Source: Cycas panzhihuaensis
Taxonomy: Eukaryota; Plantae; Cycadophyta
Length of the DNA stretch: 64,000 nt
Direction of reading: 5' to 3'
NCBI GenBank assembly: GCA_023213395.1
Contig: CM041465.1
Span: 144,219,741-144,283,740 of the forward strand
Positions 15,420-28,385 of the stretch are shown here, in pieces. A program made the position numbers and the translations under genes. The first letter of the stretch is position 1, and each line of letters begins with the position of its first letter. A model generated the notes under the pieces. It made no database searches. It was not told where the DNA came from and saw only the letters and a program-made list of their open reading frames with translations.

Positions 15420-18251
15420 TAATTTTTTTTAAATTAGGTAGAAGGGGTTTTATAGGGGCCCCAACCCTTTAACAAAAGCTACCTTCTGGCTTATATAATT
15501 GCCATGACAAGCCTATGGCCTAGCGAAGATCACCCTTTGACTCTAGCTACCCACCCTGCCATAACAAGACATCTGGCTAACTCTCTTACTACATCCTCAC
15601 CACATCCTCCTTAACTAGACTCATGATCTCTTCAGGAATTTCCTTCCTCCAAAACCCAAACCTCTTGTGACTGACCCCCCAATTGGCCATCTTGTTAGCC
15701 ACTCCATTCACCTCCCTCTAGGTATGATTCACTTGGAAATTCTCCCATCTCTTAAGGGCATCCTACATATCTTTGATTATAGCACCCGCTTTCCAATCTG
15801 GCTCCATTGTCCCTTTAAGTAGATTAATTATATTAAGGGAGTCCCCTTCTATGATCAACTTCTCATATCCTTACTCAATAGTCATGTCCACCACTTTCTG
15901 CATGGCTACCATTTTAGCTCTATGGTTAGTCTCATATCTGTAGTATTCTATAAAAGCCCACTTGACCTCCCCTTTAGAGTTTCTGTAGATACCCCCTCCT
16001 CCAACCTCCCTAGGGTTGCCTTAGACGTGCCATCAAAATTTATTTTCATCCATGTTTTCCTAGGTGGGATCCACTGGCAGTTCTTCCTCTGGTCCCTAGT
16101 TATTATGGGTCTTATACCGCATCCTTCCATTATAGACCTTTCATGATCCATGATAAATTTATCCTCCTTAGGCTTGAGACTTTCCTTAATGCTAGCCATA
16201 ATAATCCCAAAAGTCGTGTTCATCCATCTGCCTGTCTTAAAATATCCTCTTGTTTCTCTCCTGCCATAGATTCCACATCGTAACTAGCAGGGATAATTAC
16301 CATAATTGAGCCAAGATTCTACTCTCAAAGGGATTAGTCCAGGTCAATTGATAGTTCTCAAGAGTTTCAAAGGTTACCCATTGAACATTAAATTGAGCCC
16401 ATATCATCTTCCACACCCTTTTGGAATATGGACAATGGAGGAGTATATGGTTCACTAACTCCTCATTCTCCCAACATAACACACACCAGTTTGCCATTGT
16501 AAAACCCCTCTTCCTCAGGTTGTCCACCATCAAGATCTTATTCTTAAGATACAACCACCAAAATACCATGACCTTAGGGGTTAGGCCCATTTTCCACACC
16601 CTATCCAAGAGTGGTTGCTTTTTATCTCATCTTTCTTGGCATAAAAATAGGTATCCTTATTTTATTGAGTAATCTCCTAAAGGGGCCAAAGGCCATACCA
16701 ATGAGTCCTCCTTCTCTCTTCTTGGGATATAGCATTGGTTGACCACCTTTCTTAAGGCTTCTAATTGATAATGGACCCCATGATCCCCTTAGATCTTATG
16801 AAAGTCTCTCCACCTAGTGATTCAATCCTAGACTACCCAGTAATCCTTCACCTTTTTACCATAGGTCATCTCATATGGACCCTGTAGAGGGCTTACTTCG
16901 AGTTGCCCCTTAAGCTTTACATCACCACACCATACATCCTCCCAAAATTTTATTGTATTTCCATCCCCCAGCTTCCACTGCATATTTACCCCAATCATCC
17001 CCCTTATTTTAAGCACACTTCTCTAAATTGATGATCCATAGGGATTTATAAAATTATCATTTAAGAAGTGTCTCCCATAAAGGTACTTGCAGAATATAAT
17101 TTTATCCTACAGACCCCCTTCTTTCTTTGCTAATCACCAACTAAGTTTGGCCATTTGAGCACTATTGAAGGAAGACAATCTTCGCAGGTTTAATCCTCTT
17201 GCCCATTTAGGGGAACACACTTTATCCTAGTTTACCAAGTGGATTCTATCCTTTTCCTCCGCTCTGGACTAAAGGAAGTGCTTCTGGATAAATTCTAAAA
17301 TGGACATGACTTTGACCGGGATCTTAAAAGTAGACATCATGTAGACTGGGATACTCTAAAGAGAAGCAGCTACTAACAGAATCTTACCAGTCTGGCTAAG
17401 CAGGAAGCCCTTCCATCTAGTCAACTTCCTCTACGTCCTATCAATTATGGATTCCATAACTCCTTTGCCATCTTTCCAATAAACAGAGGCATACCCAAAT
17501 AGGTCATCAGAAGTTTGTGAATAGGCATCTTTAGAATCCTACTAATCTTCTTCTTGACTCTTTCCTTAGCATGCACAAAAACGATATTGCTTTTGTTCAG
17601 ATTTACCTGTTGATTAGTTGCTCTTTCAAACTTGTCTAAGCCCTCTTTAAGCATCCAAGCTTCCCTTATAGCAGCCTTACCCAAGAAGATATTATCATCC
17701 ACAAATTGATGATGGATAATATTCTCAACATCTAATGTAGGCTTGATCCCTATGACCAACCCCACTCTCCTGGCCATCTCTGTTGCCCTACCCAACATCT
17801 CAAGTAGGATTATAAAAAGGTAAGGAGAGATGGGGTCTTTTTATCTCAACCCTCTGGATCTTAGGAATAAACTTATTGATGTACCATTTACTAGAACTGA
17901 GTATTGAGGATTTGTTATATATGACCTCATCCATTCTACCTATTTTTCTCCAAAGCCAAAAGCTTTTAAGCACTCCAATAAGCAGCCCCAAGAAACCCTA
18001 TCATATACTTTAGATAAATCGATTTTGATTATCATGCTCGACTCTTTCCTTTAGTGGGCCAAATGGACCATTTCATGGATGACAATTATGCCATCAGTAA
18101 TTTGCCTATCCTTCATATAGCCATCTTGGTCAGGAGAAATACTCCCTAGGAACATCAACTTGAGTCTATTAGCCAAAACTTTGGTTACGATTTTGTATTT
18201 CACATTGCATAAACTAATTGGCTGAAAGTCCTCCATTTATGTCACTCCCTC
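15420..18251 (-). mobile_element. 5'-truncated L1-clade LINE: ORF2 RT, zf-RVT, RNase H, 3' UTR, short poly(A)
   Basis: Minus-strand DFQPISLCNVKYKIVTKVLANRLK, IKIDLSKVYD, HHQFVDD, TYLGMPL, W.LGDG..IKFWED.W, C..C....E...HILLHCPYS, KINFDG, IIEGDS; T-run at 15423-15430; TSD CTCTTAACATTGA at 15407-15419 and 18252-18264. Confidence 0.93.
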
Positions 18252-18630
18252 CTCTTAACATTGACATAAGCCAAGAGCCAGATCTTTACTATTTGAATTA
18301 TCAAACCTAAAACTAGATGAGGCTTTCCTACTATTAGGTCTTCAATTATAATGTTCACTACTAAACATCTAATAACTTTAGTTGAATTCAAACCAAGGTT
18401 GTGATTTTTGACTCTCTGCTAATGATTTTGATTTTCCTTAATATCGATAGCTCAATCCTTAATAGTTCCGTGTACGACAATATTGATCAATTTATAAAAG
18501 ATAATTCCATCCTTTATAATCTTAAAAAAACCACTTCTTATAAGATTAGTAGGCAAATACTTATTTAAAATAAGATTGTCATCTAAGTATATATTTATAT
18601 GATCCACATAAGCTTTCTTCTATAATTTGC

Positions 18631-21600
18631 TATTACAGGCCAACTCCTATAACTAAAACAATAAGAGAGCAAAGGGGAAGAAAGGCATGAGATAGAATAA
18701 TTACTAAATGAGAACCAAAAGGGGCACCAAAGTGAACCCAAATAAATTGTATTCATACATATATCAAATTGGATTACATACGATGGGGGTGTTATATTTA
18801 TAAGAGGATCACCCTATTATTATATTATTCTACTGTTAATCAACCCAATCTCACATTTCCACTATTATTAAATACTCCTAACTTAACCTTTTAACCTATT
18901 ACATGTGGTATAGGTTTATTACATGCCCTCTCCCCTTAGATGCTCTTTTACCTCAAAGCATCCTAATATAAAAATATATGTGTCCACCACCTACTGCTAC
19001 TAGTATGTTATAGGTAGTGGTTTGATCAATGTGATGATGAGGAGATCTTATTGTTACAGATCTTATTATTGAGAATAAATGCACAAGTGCATGTAGATGG
19101 TGATGTGGTCTAGAAAAGAGTGACTCCTTCGCTTGATTATAAGAACCGAAGAAATGGGGGCCCATGGTGTAGTAATATAAAAATCCACAAAAATGAGAAC
19201 CCAAACGCTCCTATAACTTAAATGATGATGGAACCAACTTAATGTATACACCTTCAACTAAAGAGATTTCATCATACTTATCCAAAGTAAAATTTACCTT
19301 ATCTTCTTTCTTTTTTCGTCTTATTTGGACTCTCCTTCTAGATGGGTGCTTTGGTTAGGAATGAGTGCTTCAATGTGCTGATGAAGTATAAAAGTAAAGA
19401 GGTCCCAATTTAACTTATAAGTATTTTGGCACCACTTTTGTGCCCACTATTAAAGGGGATCTTCCAATTGTTGAATACCTAAACAAAGCTTATGGTATTA
19501 TGTCAAGTTGAGCTCTTTAAGGTATGCAAATATGGATGCAAGCCAGTCATAAAAAATGATAGAACTATCAAGATTAAAATAAAGTAGACTGATCCCACTT
19601 TCTTCATCATCAAAGTGATCATGGTCCTACAATACATTACTTTCTCCTAACTAGATAGATTCTTGGTCTTATACATCTTCTTTTATAAAAGTTTCAATAG
19701 TTAGGTAAACTTTTATTTCCTTTTGAAGTTCCATCTTAAAGGATGCCTAATTTGGATGTGGGTATGAGAGACATCATTCCTAAGTTGTTAAATAGAGATC
19801 CCATTGTAAGAAGACCATAGTAAACATGATCTTGGCATAGTCTTACTTGAAGTAGTTAATTGTAGAATAATCTTTAAAGAATTATTTTAAAGTAGTAACC
19901 TAGTCATAAAGTTGAATGTGGCTATTCATCCCAAGGTAAGTGAGTTCGAGATCATCATTGTAGTCAAAAAAGAATTCTTCACAGTCATAGTATGAATCAA
20001 GAAGACTATTTTTTTCATAGGATGTAAGTAAGTTCTTATAAGCCCTTGGGTCCATATGGCCTCAAGATTAATGGCGAGCAAGCCAAAGTCTAAACAATCG
20101 AAATTGAAAAGATTTACATAAAAAAATGATATGCAATTATAGGACTTGACTTTGAACATTACTATCTATCACAAGAAAAGTCCAAAAGATGTTATGTGAT
20201 AGTCCAAATTAAAGTCCCTAAAGCAAGGAATCCAATGGATCTTACATAACTAAATTCTAAGTCTGTATGAAAAAGATATAACTGAAACTGCATAAATAAG
20301 TATACATTTTTTTATAAAACCCTTTTAATTAGTGTTAAGCCCCCTTTAAACAGAACTAAGTCATATTCTTTAAGACCATATGGCCATCGATAAATTTACT
20401 AGTGGCTTAATAGATTCCAAATACTATTTTATCTCCATCTAATATCATCAACATTATAAATATAAATGATTCATAAATATACTTTAAATGTTTGAAAGGA
20501 TTTAGGGTTTGTTATCGTTGATGCTCTTCTCAATTGAGTGAAGCATAACAGAGCACCATGAACATGTGACTTCTCTTCATGCAACAAGCATTCAATGGAG
20601 ATGGGCAAGCTGAAGGTAGTGGTCAAAGTCTGGGGCATCTACAGATGTAGATGCAACTTCGAATAGAGCGTAGGTTTCTACGTAATTAAGGATCCATACT
20701 TCTTTGAAAATGAAAATGTCATTACATAAATGTGATAAGAAACAATAGTCCCTTCCTTGTATGAAAATAGCAACAGATCTTATAAACCCTGACAACAGGG
20801 TAAACAACCCCTACATAAGTGTATTTGCTCCCAGTTATGTATATATGCCATGAAGGGAATGCACAATCTTACTAATAGATGTTGCAATCATAAACACCAA
20901 AGGGTATGTATACAACAAGCAACACCCTTGTAGAGCAAACACCTATTAATTAACATATCAAATATAGATATGAATAATAAGAGAATAGGTTATACATTCA
21001 TTAAGCCTTACACACTTGTCTAACAGGAGATCAAGTGCTATTGGGATATGATTTGCCCCACATTTGTCATTGATTATACTAAGAGGATGCTCATCTAATA
21101 GTGATGCTTGCCACTAAAGGGGCACAATTATAGGTTTATATTCTTGCAACCCCACTAAGAAAATTAATTGAGAACTCTATATTAGATCAAATCCTTGGAC
21201 ACGCAGTAGTCCTCACGGAGTAGGTTAAGCGGGACAAATGTATGAAGATAACAGTGGGGAAGGTGCTATAATAAATCTCCTTAGCAATGCATTATGATAT
21301 AACTAAGCCCAATTAATTAATATGTAGGTCATAAATATGATATAGATGTTACTCTTCCTACAAACTTCACCTTGGGTCTTTAACCTTATAAATCTTTGTT
21401 TTGGATCATCAATGATATAAAACCCTCTATAAGCGATATGACAACTTGTAACCAGATTATCAATCCTCTAATAGGATTGTCTTTAAGACCTATAATAAAT
21501 AAGGGGAAAGAAAAAATTGCCCTTGGCCTAACTTTGATACCACTTGTTATAGGCCAACTCTTGTAACCACAACAATAAAAGAGCAAAGGGGAAGAATATC

Positions 21601-21853
21601 AAAAGACAGAATGATCACCAAATGAGAACCAAAAGGGGCATCGAAGTGAACCCAAATAGATTATATTCATAAATATGTCAAACTACCTTATATAGGATGC
21701 AAGTGTCGTATTTATAAGAGGATCACCCCATTATTATATTATTCTACCACAAATCTACCTAATCCCACATTTATACTATTATTAAATACTCATAGCTTAT
21801 TCTTCTTAACTCTTAACCTTCTAACTTATTACATGTGGTATAGGTTCATCACA
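18631..21853 (-). mobile_element. 3.2-kb internally deleted non-autonomous Ty3/gypsy-type LTR element
   Basis: Diverged direct repeats 18631-18923 and 21545-21853; TSD TTTGC at 18626-18630 and 21854-21858; minus-strand Met-tRNAi-type PBS TGGTATCAAAG next to 21545; PPT GGGGAGAGGGCA next to 18923; Gag remnant FIIGLKD and integrase-like SYPHP remnant near 19755. Confidence 0.88.
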
Positions 21854-24084
21854 TTTGCTTGTAATATGAAGCAATCTTATTGTTAAATTCTTTAAAAAGG
21901 ATGATGATGGTTTACTAGGGTTAAGGTTCAAATTTTCTTTCTTTTGAAGATCTACATAAAGTTAAAGAAAACCCTCAAACTCAATCCCATGTTGGAGGCT
22001 TAAACTAATTTGTTCTAATGTTGAAATAAGTGACCTTGCATGAAATCTTATGTCTCTCATATTATGTAAAACCTCCCTTTGTGATGGCTCTTATAGTCCC
22101 TCTTGTCTACCTCTAGGTGATGATCATAAACTTCCTATAATTGGCCCATCTAGCCTCTACACTCTACCTAGTCCTTAGTTCACTCACTATTATCAATCCC
22201 TCTTTATCATCCTCTCCCTTCGATATTTTATCTTGCCTCTATGTGATGATTTATCAATGATCACCATGTATGAGACTCCTTTTCCAATGGTGTCTAACCT
22301 ATATTCTACCCTTGTTCAACTTGTCCTCTTTGCATGAGACCTTTGTGCATCTCCTTGCATAACAGGTAGTTTGGATTACTAGCCTATGTTCTTGCCTTCA
22401 TGATCTTCCACATCTTCCATTGTTCAACCTTTGCTCCCTTGGTGTTTGGCTCTCTCCCCTCAAATTACCCCTAGTCCTCCCCTCCTCTTTGTCCACTAGT
22501 GCTCCTTTGTAGAACCATACCTCCTCCTCTGATGTCCTTTCGATATAGATAATCCTCATAATCATCCTTTGATGCCTTGCCTTCATGGCAATGCTTAGTG
22601 GATGGGGATATTTCTACTCCACCATAACTCTGTCGAATTTATTTTTTTACTTTTTTTATATTTTGCTTTATTTCTATTTTTATTTGATTATTTCTATTTT
22701 ATTTATTTATTTATTTCATTTTTGATTTGTAATGTTTTTCTTTTTTCGATGTTTTATTTTGTTAATAACCTTTATTTTGTTTGTTTTATATATATTTTTG
22801 TTTTAAGGGGGGAAGTAAACACCCCCTATTAACACCATCATTTTGCTATATTTTTTGGTAGTAAAGTGGGGTGCAATCATGTTTTTATTATTAGGGGAGA
22901 GGGGTACGAATGGGAAGTCCAAATTCTTTAGTAAAACAAACAATAAAAGTGTTACTTAAAATTTTAATTCAAGTGTAAAATGACAAGCATTTTATTATTA
23001 TCATTTATGATCTTTTGTTTTGCAAGAAGGTAGGGAGGATAACTTTCATTTAACATTAAAACACTAAGAATTTTATAAGATAATAAGGTGAATATCTCAA
23101 ATAAAAACATGAGATAAAGGGGTTTAAATTAACACCTTTTTACACTTATATTTTTGCCATTTTTGGATGTGAAGTTAAGGGATTTAAGTTATAAATTTTT
23201 GAGTTATGTTTAAAAGGAGAATTTAGTTTTGGGGGGATTGCATTGATTGACTAATCAACTATGCATAAAATCTAAACTTTCATTATTGATTGATTGATAG
23301 AGTCATAAGTATACACATATACACAAATCATGACCAAATCAACCATTTGTAACTGTAATTAAATATAAAACAAAGAAGTAAACTTGGCTGCATTGGGGAG
23401 CATAAAAGCAAGCAAATAATACCCTTACATGAAAATCTCTTTTCATTCATTGTGTATAGATTCAAACACCTTAAAAGAGGTATATATAGCTTAGGCATAT
23501 CTTCATTATGCTCTCATAGTATGGTTAGGGTTATCTTTGCTTATTGAAATGCTTCTCTAAACTTATATAATTTAAATTTAAAAGCTTGGGTTGAAGATTA
23601 ATCAAATTCTATTAAAAATTAAGCATTGCCATTTGTAAAGTCTATATAGGAATTTAACATTAAAACTTTAGAGTATAGGATTTATTCTCCTTGTGTATTA
23701 TTTGTTAAAGGACCTAATTTATATGCTATTAAAGGGAAAGGTTGTATACTAATCTCCTTTAGTATTGATAAGTGGAGAAATGATTAGAATCTTAAATACT
23801 TTCAATTATTTTCTATTAACACTAAATTGTCTTTGGCCCCATGGAAGGTGTCCACTATTAAACCTAAAATAGGTGTATGGTTAGTAGTACACAACTTACA
23901 TGGGGTATAAGATAATCAATCTTTAGGGTTATTCTTTTTTAAACCCATGAGAGATGTCTACTACTATAGTAACTACATTTGAAAAAAAAAGAAGAAGAAA
24001 ATTTGCTAAGTTCAAAAGATTCAAATAAATACATCATTTCAAAAAAAATAAAAAAATGATTTTAAAAAATCATTTAAAGCTAAA

Positions 24085-24420
24085 TTATGTGACTATAAAC
24101 TATAAAAATAAAATATAAACCATAAAAAAGTTATAAACATAAACTATAAAAATATAATGATATATAAACATAAAATTTAATTACACAACCATGATTTATC
24201 TTTTATAATAAACTATAAACATAAAAATTAAAATTATAAATATAAAATATAAACCATAGAACATAAAATTAATAATGCTTTGATGATCTATGATTTATGA
24301 GATAAAATATTAATAAAAATTATAAATTTAAAAACATAGAACTAAAAAATATAAAATATAAACAAAATAAAACAAATAAGGATGAAACACAAAAAAGTAA
24401 AAGAGAAAAAGCATAAAACA
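24085..24420. repeat. A-rich low-complexity degenerate tandem repeat
   Basis: Repeated AAACTATAAA / AAATATAAAC / AACATAAA units just upstream of the gene. Confidence 0.6.
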
Positions 24421-24489
24421 TTTAAAAGTTAGGGTAACGGATCTAACATGAGTACCGCCACATCACGACCAAATGACCAAATGAATATA

Positions 24490-24632
24490 ATCATTCCCAA
24501 TTTCTGTGTTTGAAGCGATTGATGTGCAGGTCGTGGTGCTCTCGGCAAGCATCGAAAGCATAGGAGAGGTGTCCCTCGGCTGTAAAGCTCATCAAACCAC
24601 TCTCAGAGCTGCTTTGCAAACATTCGTCCACG
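24490..24632 (+). other. TIM10: Putative non-coding first exon (5' UTR) of TIM10
   Basis: Shift to higher GC; candidate donor CG|GTTTGT at 24633; strong polypyrimidine acceptor TTTTTTCCAG ending 25017, 15 nt before the ATG. Start site is a guess. Confidence 0.5.
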
Positions 24633-25032
24633 GTTTGTCCTTTGATCCTCCTCCTATTTTCTCTGCTTATGAATACACTCTCCTACCATTGATGTTCAGT
24701 TACCTTAAGCTTTAGATTTAGGGTCTGTATTTTGTTTGGCGATCAATATTTTCCACCAGCCAATGCAGTCAAAGTGATCATAGTCTAAAATTTAAAATGG
24801 CAGAATTATTTGAATATTCGCCATTTTAAATGCTGGCTGGTTTTAAGAAAACGTTTAAAATGCGTTGTTATTGGAAAGACCAGACAATATTGCTACCCTG
24901 TTTGCTACTTAACCAAAAATGGGAAACCGTATTTCTTGTTTACTGGCAGATACCCTGCGTTGGTTAGAGGGCAATTAATTTTGAGTTTTTATTTTTCTCC
25001 CCGTTTTTTTTTTCCAGATTGCTATTGTTGAA

Positions 25033-25077
25033 ATGGCCAGTAATTCAAAGGCTCCCTCTGGACTGGACAAAGAGCAG
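25033..25077 (+). CDS. TIM10: Mitochondrial intermembrane-space small Tim chaperone Tim10, coding exon 1 (MASNSKAPSGLDKEQ)
   Basis: AAATGGC start context; donor CAG|GTATGT at 25078 (phase 0); splices in frame to 34600 to give KEQIFGMAEQEMEYRVDLFNK, matching the plant Tim10 N-terminus as recalled (KEQAFSMAQTEMEYRVELFNK). Confidence 0.85.
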
Positions 25078-27562
25078 GTATGTTAAATGCCACTTTAATA
25101 TATGAATTTAGTTGGTATCGTTTCTTTCTTTCTCTCTTTTTATTTTTTAACCTTATTTTTTGGCTTTTGGGTGAGTGGTGCAAACTTTGAAGTAGTATAT
25201 CCTCAAGTGTATGGAAAATGGATTAAAATTCATATAATTGATGGTAGTGGAAGATAAAATCGTTGAATGAATAAGGGAACCAGCATATTTGGGAGCGTGG
25301 GGGGCTGGGCAACAGGGAATGGTAATGGGTGAAGTTGAGTTTCGGATTTCTTTTTTCTTTTGGTCAAACTTGGCGATTCGATTAATGGGAAGCATTATCA
25401 GCAGCACAACAAAAAATAGGAAGCTGATCCCAACTGAGGTCTACCCTTCCTATTACGGGTATAGATACCGTGGATCTAGCCACCCTGAATAGCTAAAGTC
25501 GCCCTTACAGGGGCACCAAATATCGCAGGCATGAAAGCTACTTAGAGCCCTAGAGGGTGCAAAGTTATTCCAAAGTCGTAAGAAAGACAAACGACTGCAA
25601 GCAGGAGCTTAAACCTACAGACTGGCAGTTCATTCACCAAATGCCAAGTCGCAAAACAACTGCAAGCATGAGGTTACGTGCCTTAGAGGACAACAGGAAA
25701 ATTGGGAAGTACAAACCACAAACCAGATACATACTGTAAGTATGAGGACTTTACATAATTCTCAGAGGCTGTTGGGGCATAATATCAGGTATTAACGTAA
25801 CACAATCCAGATAAACTATTCTTGAGCCGTGGGCCATTCACAAAATATGACCTGTGCAATTGTTGGTGTCACCACTTCAACAGAACACCATAGCATATGT
25901 TGGAGCTGCCACCCAAACCACGGTCATGTGCAGAACTCTCCTAGTGAAAGGCACGGGAACTCCAGGAACCAACGTACTCTAAGAGTTAGCACACAGATAT
26001 CTCTACTCTGCGTCTGTGAGGTCCCTTCCAGGACAATCTTTACATTTTGTAAGACAGCGCTGGGAATAGTCACAAAACACCTGTAATATGCAAATATGAC
26101 AAAACCACAAAATATTATAGATAGTGTTCTCTTGTGAGGATGGATATACATGACAAAACATCAACTGCACCCATTTGTCATTGGCAGACCCTCATCCACA
26201 TATGCAACATACCATACCTCCAACACGAAGATCATGGACCTCTCCCATGAAACCCTAGCCACTATTGATAAACTCGTAGACAAGAAAAGCCACAGGCACA
26301 CTATCCTCCACTTTCTCCATGTATCTCACAAATTCTATAGGTACTTGCCTACTTGCACCCCACCTTTCCATGGGCATAATGGGGGCCTTGAGGGAATGCT
26401 AATAAGAGAGGATGATAAAGAGATTGGAGGACAAAGAGTGCTAGAGCTCCTCCTCCCAACTCCTGCGTTTTAGATTTTGTATATCAAACTAATAGATTTT
26501 TCAATTTTATGTGTGGCAATTTTGTTCAGAAACATGTCCAGCTCATGAGATGTAGGGATATTGAGCTTGCAAACATGGTTTGAATCTAGTATTTGGAATT
26601 GGGTTCAGGAGTGTTGGGATTTGCTTTTGGGTTTGGTTGGGCGAATCTTGACAAATTGTGTTTGGCAGGGCTAAATCTTGAGTGAACCATGTGGGGTACA
26701 AAGTAAAGTTAGTGAAGTAACCTTGGGAACATGCCTCAAGCCTTAAACCCCAATTGCTTATTAAAAGAGCTTTAAGGAAGAACCTTAATTACTTAAACCT
26801 TGTTTTATTTTTTTCAAAGTGCAAACATGTTATCTTAGTAATCTTGATGAGATGCATATATTGTATTGCTACATAGCTTCAAATATATCGTGAGAAAACT
26901 TGCATGCGACCTACCTATCCCTTTGATTTTAATATACACACACACATATATGTACGTATGCATATGTATATATGCATACGTACATATATATCAAGGTTCA
27001 CAGGTTTGTGGATTCAAGGGTTTGAAGAATTTAGTTCTTCTCTTTGAAATTTGAGTTTGTGGGTGAGGGTGCAGGTGATAATTAAAAAAAAAGAAAGATC
27101 ATAGACATTGAGTATAGTCATTAAACACATACAAAGTGATACTTTGAATAATTTTGCAAATAAATTTGAAGGTAATGGTTAGCTTCGAATTTGGTGAAGT
27201 CAGTTGCCTTCACTAAGTTTGAAGCTTTGTTTCTACTCTTCCGTTAACTTTAGTTGAAAGCATCTGAAAACCTTGTTTAAAGTAGATATTCAAGTATGGT
27301 TCGACGATTCTTTCTTTTTTGCTCACATATGCCAAAGCACTTTCAATGGGCTAGGCTATGGTGGTGTTGAGTTTCTCCAACAATTGTTTGAGTTGAGGGC
27401 CCTTTAAGAATTGACCATTGTAATTGATAGACTTTCCTTTGGTGATCACTACCTCCTCCTTTGCAAAAGAATACTTGGGGTATTGCAAGAGTGGAATAGA
27501 ACACATATCGAAGGCATGGTGTGTATGATCAACAGGGGGCAAATGCAATAGTTCCCTTTAGA

Positions 27563-28385
27563 TGCTAGAGAAAGATATGCATTATATGTAATATGCAACA
27601 ACATGAGATGACTAAAGATATAATCTATAAATGAATCAAAGAATGAAGTACGTACAAACACATAAGAAAAATAAAGCTTGTGGGAAATGATCATGTCCTA
27701 TTATTGCATTATATATGAATACATGCTTATAATATATAGTCACCTCACGATTGTCCAATCACATGAGAGAACTATTATGCCCACCACTCAGATGGTACAT
27801 GGACACGTGTGCACATGGACACACCTTAATGGCACAATATAATATTATATAAGAGAGTTGGGGATGGGGGGGCACCTAACATTATCTCAACATTAAACAT
27901 TATTTCTAACAACCCCCCATGATGTTCAATCAAAACAAATTACACCCTTTGTCCTTTAATTTCACTAAGGTAGGCATACAACTGCCTTCTCCTTCAAGTA
28001 TGTTTGATCTTGTACAAGCTATATCTTCAAGTTGCTAAACCAATCACATCCTTGTTGACATCCATATAAAGAGAGCTCCATCTACTGGACTGCATGTGTA
28101 TCCAGTTGCTGTAATTGCTAGTTCTATAGGGATCTCCTTTGTGTACATGGTTTTGCTAGCATTTGTCAACACCATTCTTGGAATAGGCCAGCCAAATGTG
28201 TTAAATATTAAAAAATAACAACTTTCTCTTAATGAAGCCTCTACAAGTGGTACCTTTAGTCTCTATAATATGTGAAAACAATGTACTTAAGCCTCCATAA
28301 ATGGTCCCTTCATACTTGTTTTCAGCAATCTCCATGAATTTTCTATATACAACCTTACAAAGACCAACGATAAACAAACAAGTAA
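27563..28385 (-). mobile_element. 3' end of a different, condensed copia derivative H: RT/RH remnants, PPT, 3' LTR about 27563-27911
   Basis: Minus-strand ATGGGGGGT followed by TGTTAGAAA at 27911; remnants IVGLCKVVYRK and TGYTCSPVDGALFIWMS resemble copia IGCKWVY and STTGY.F.LG.GAISW.S. Left LTR end uncertain. Confidence 0.55.

Noticed and set aside
26255-26300. Kinase-like FLVYEFINSG on the minus strand
   Set aside because: Isolated motif followed by a stop, with no other kinase subdomains.
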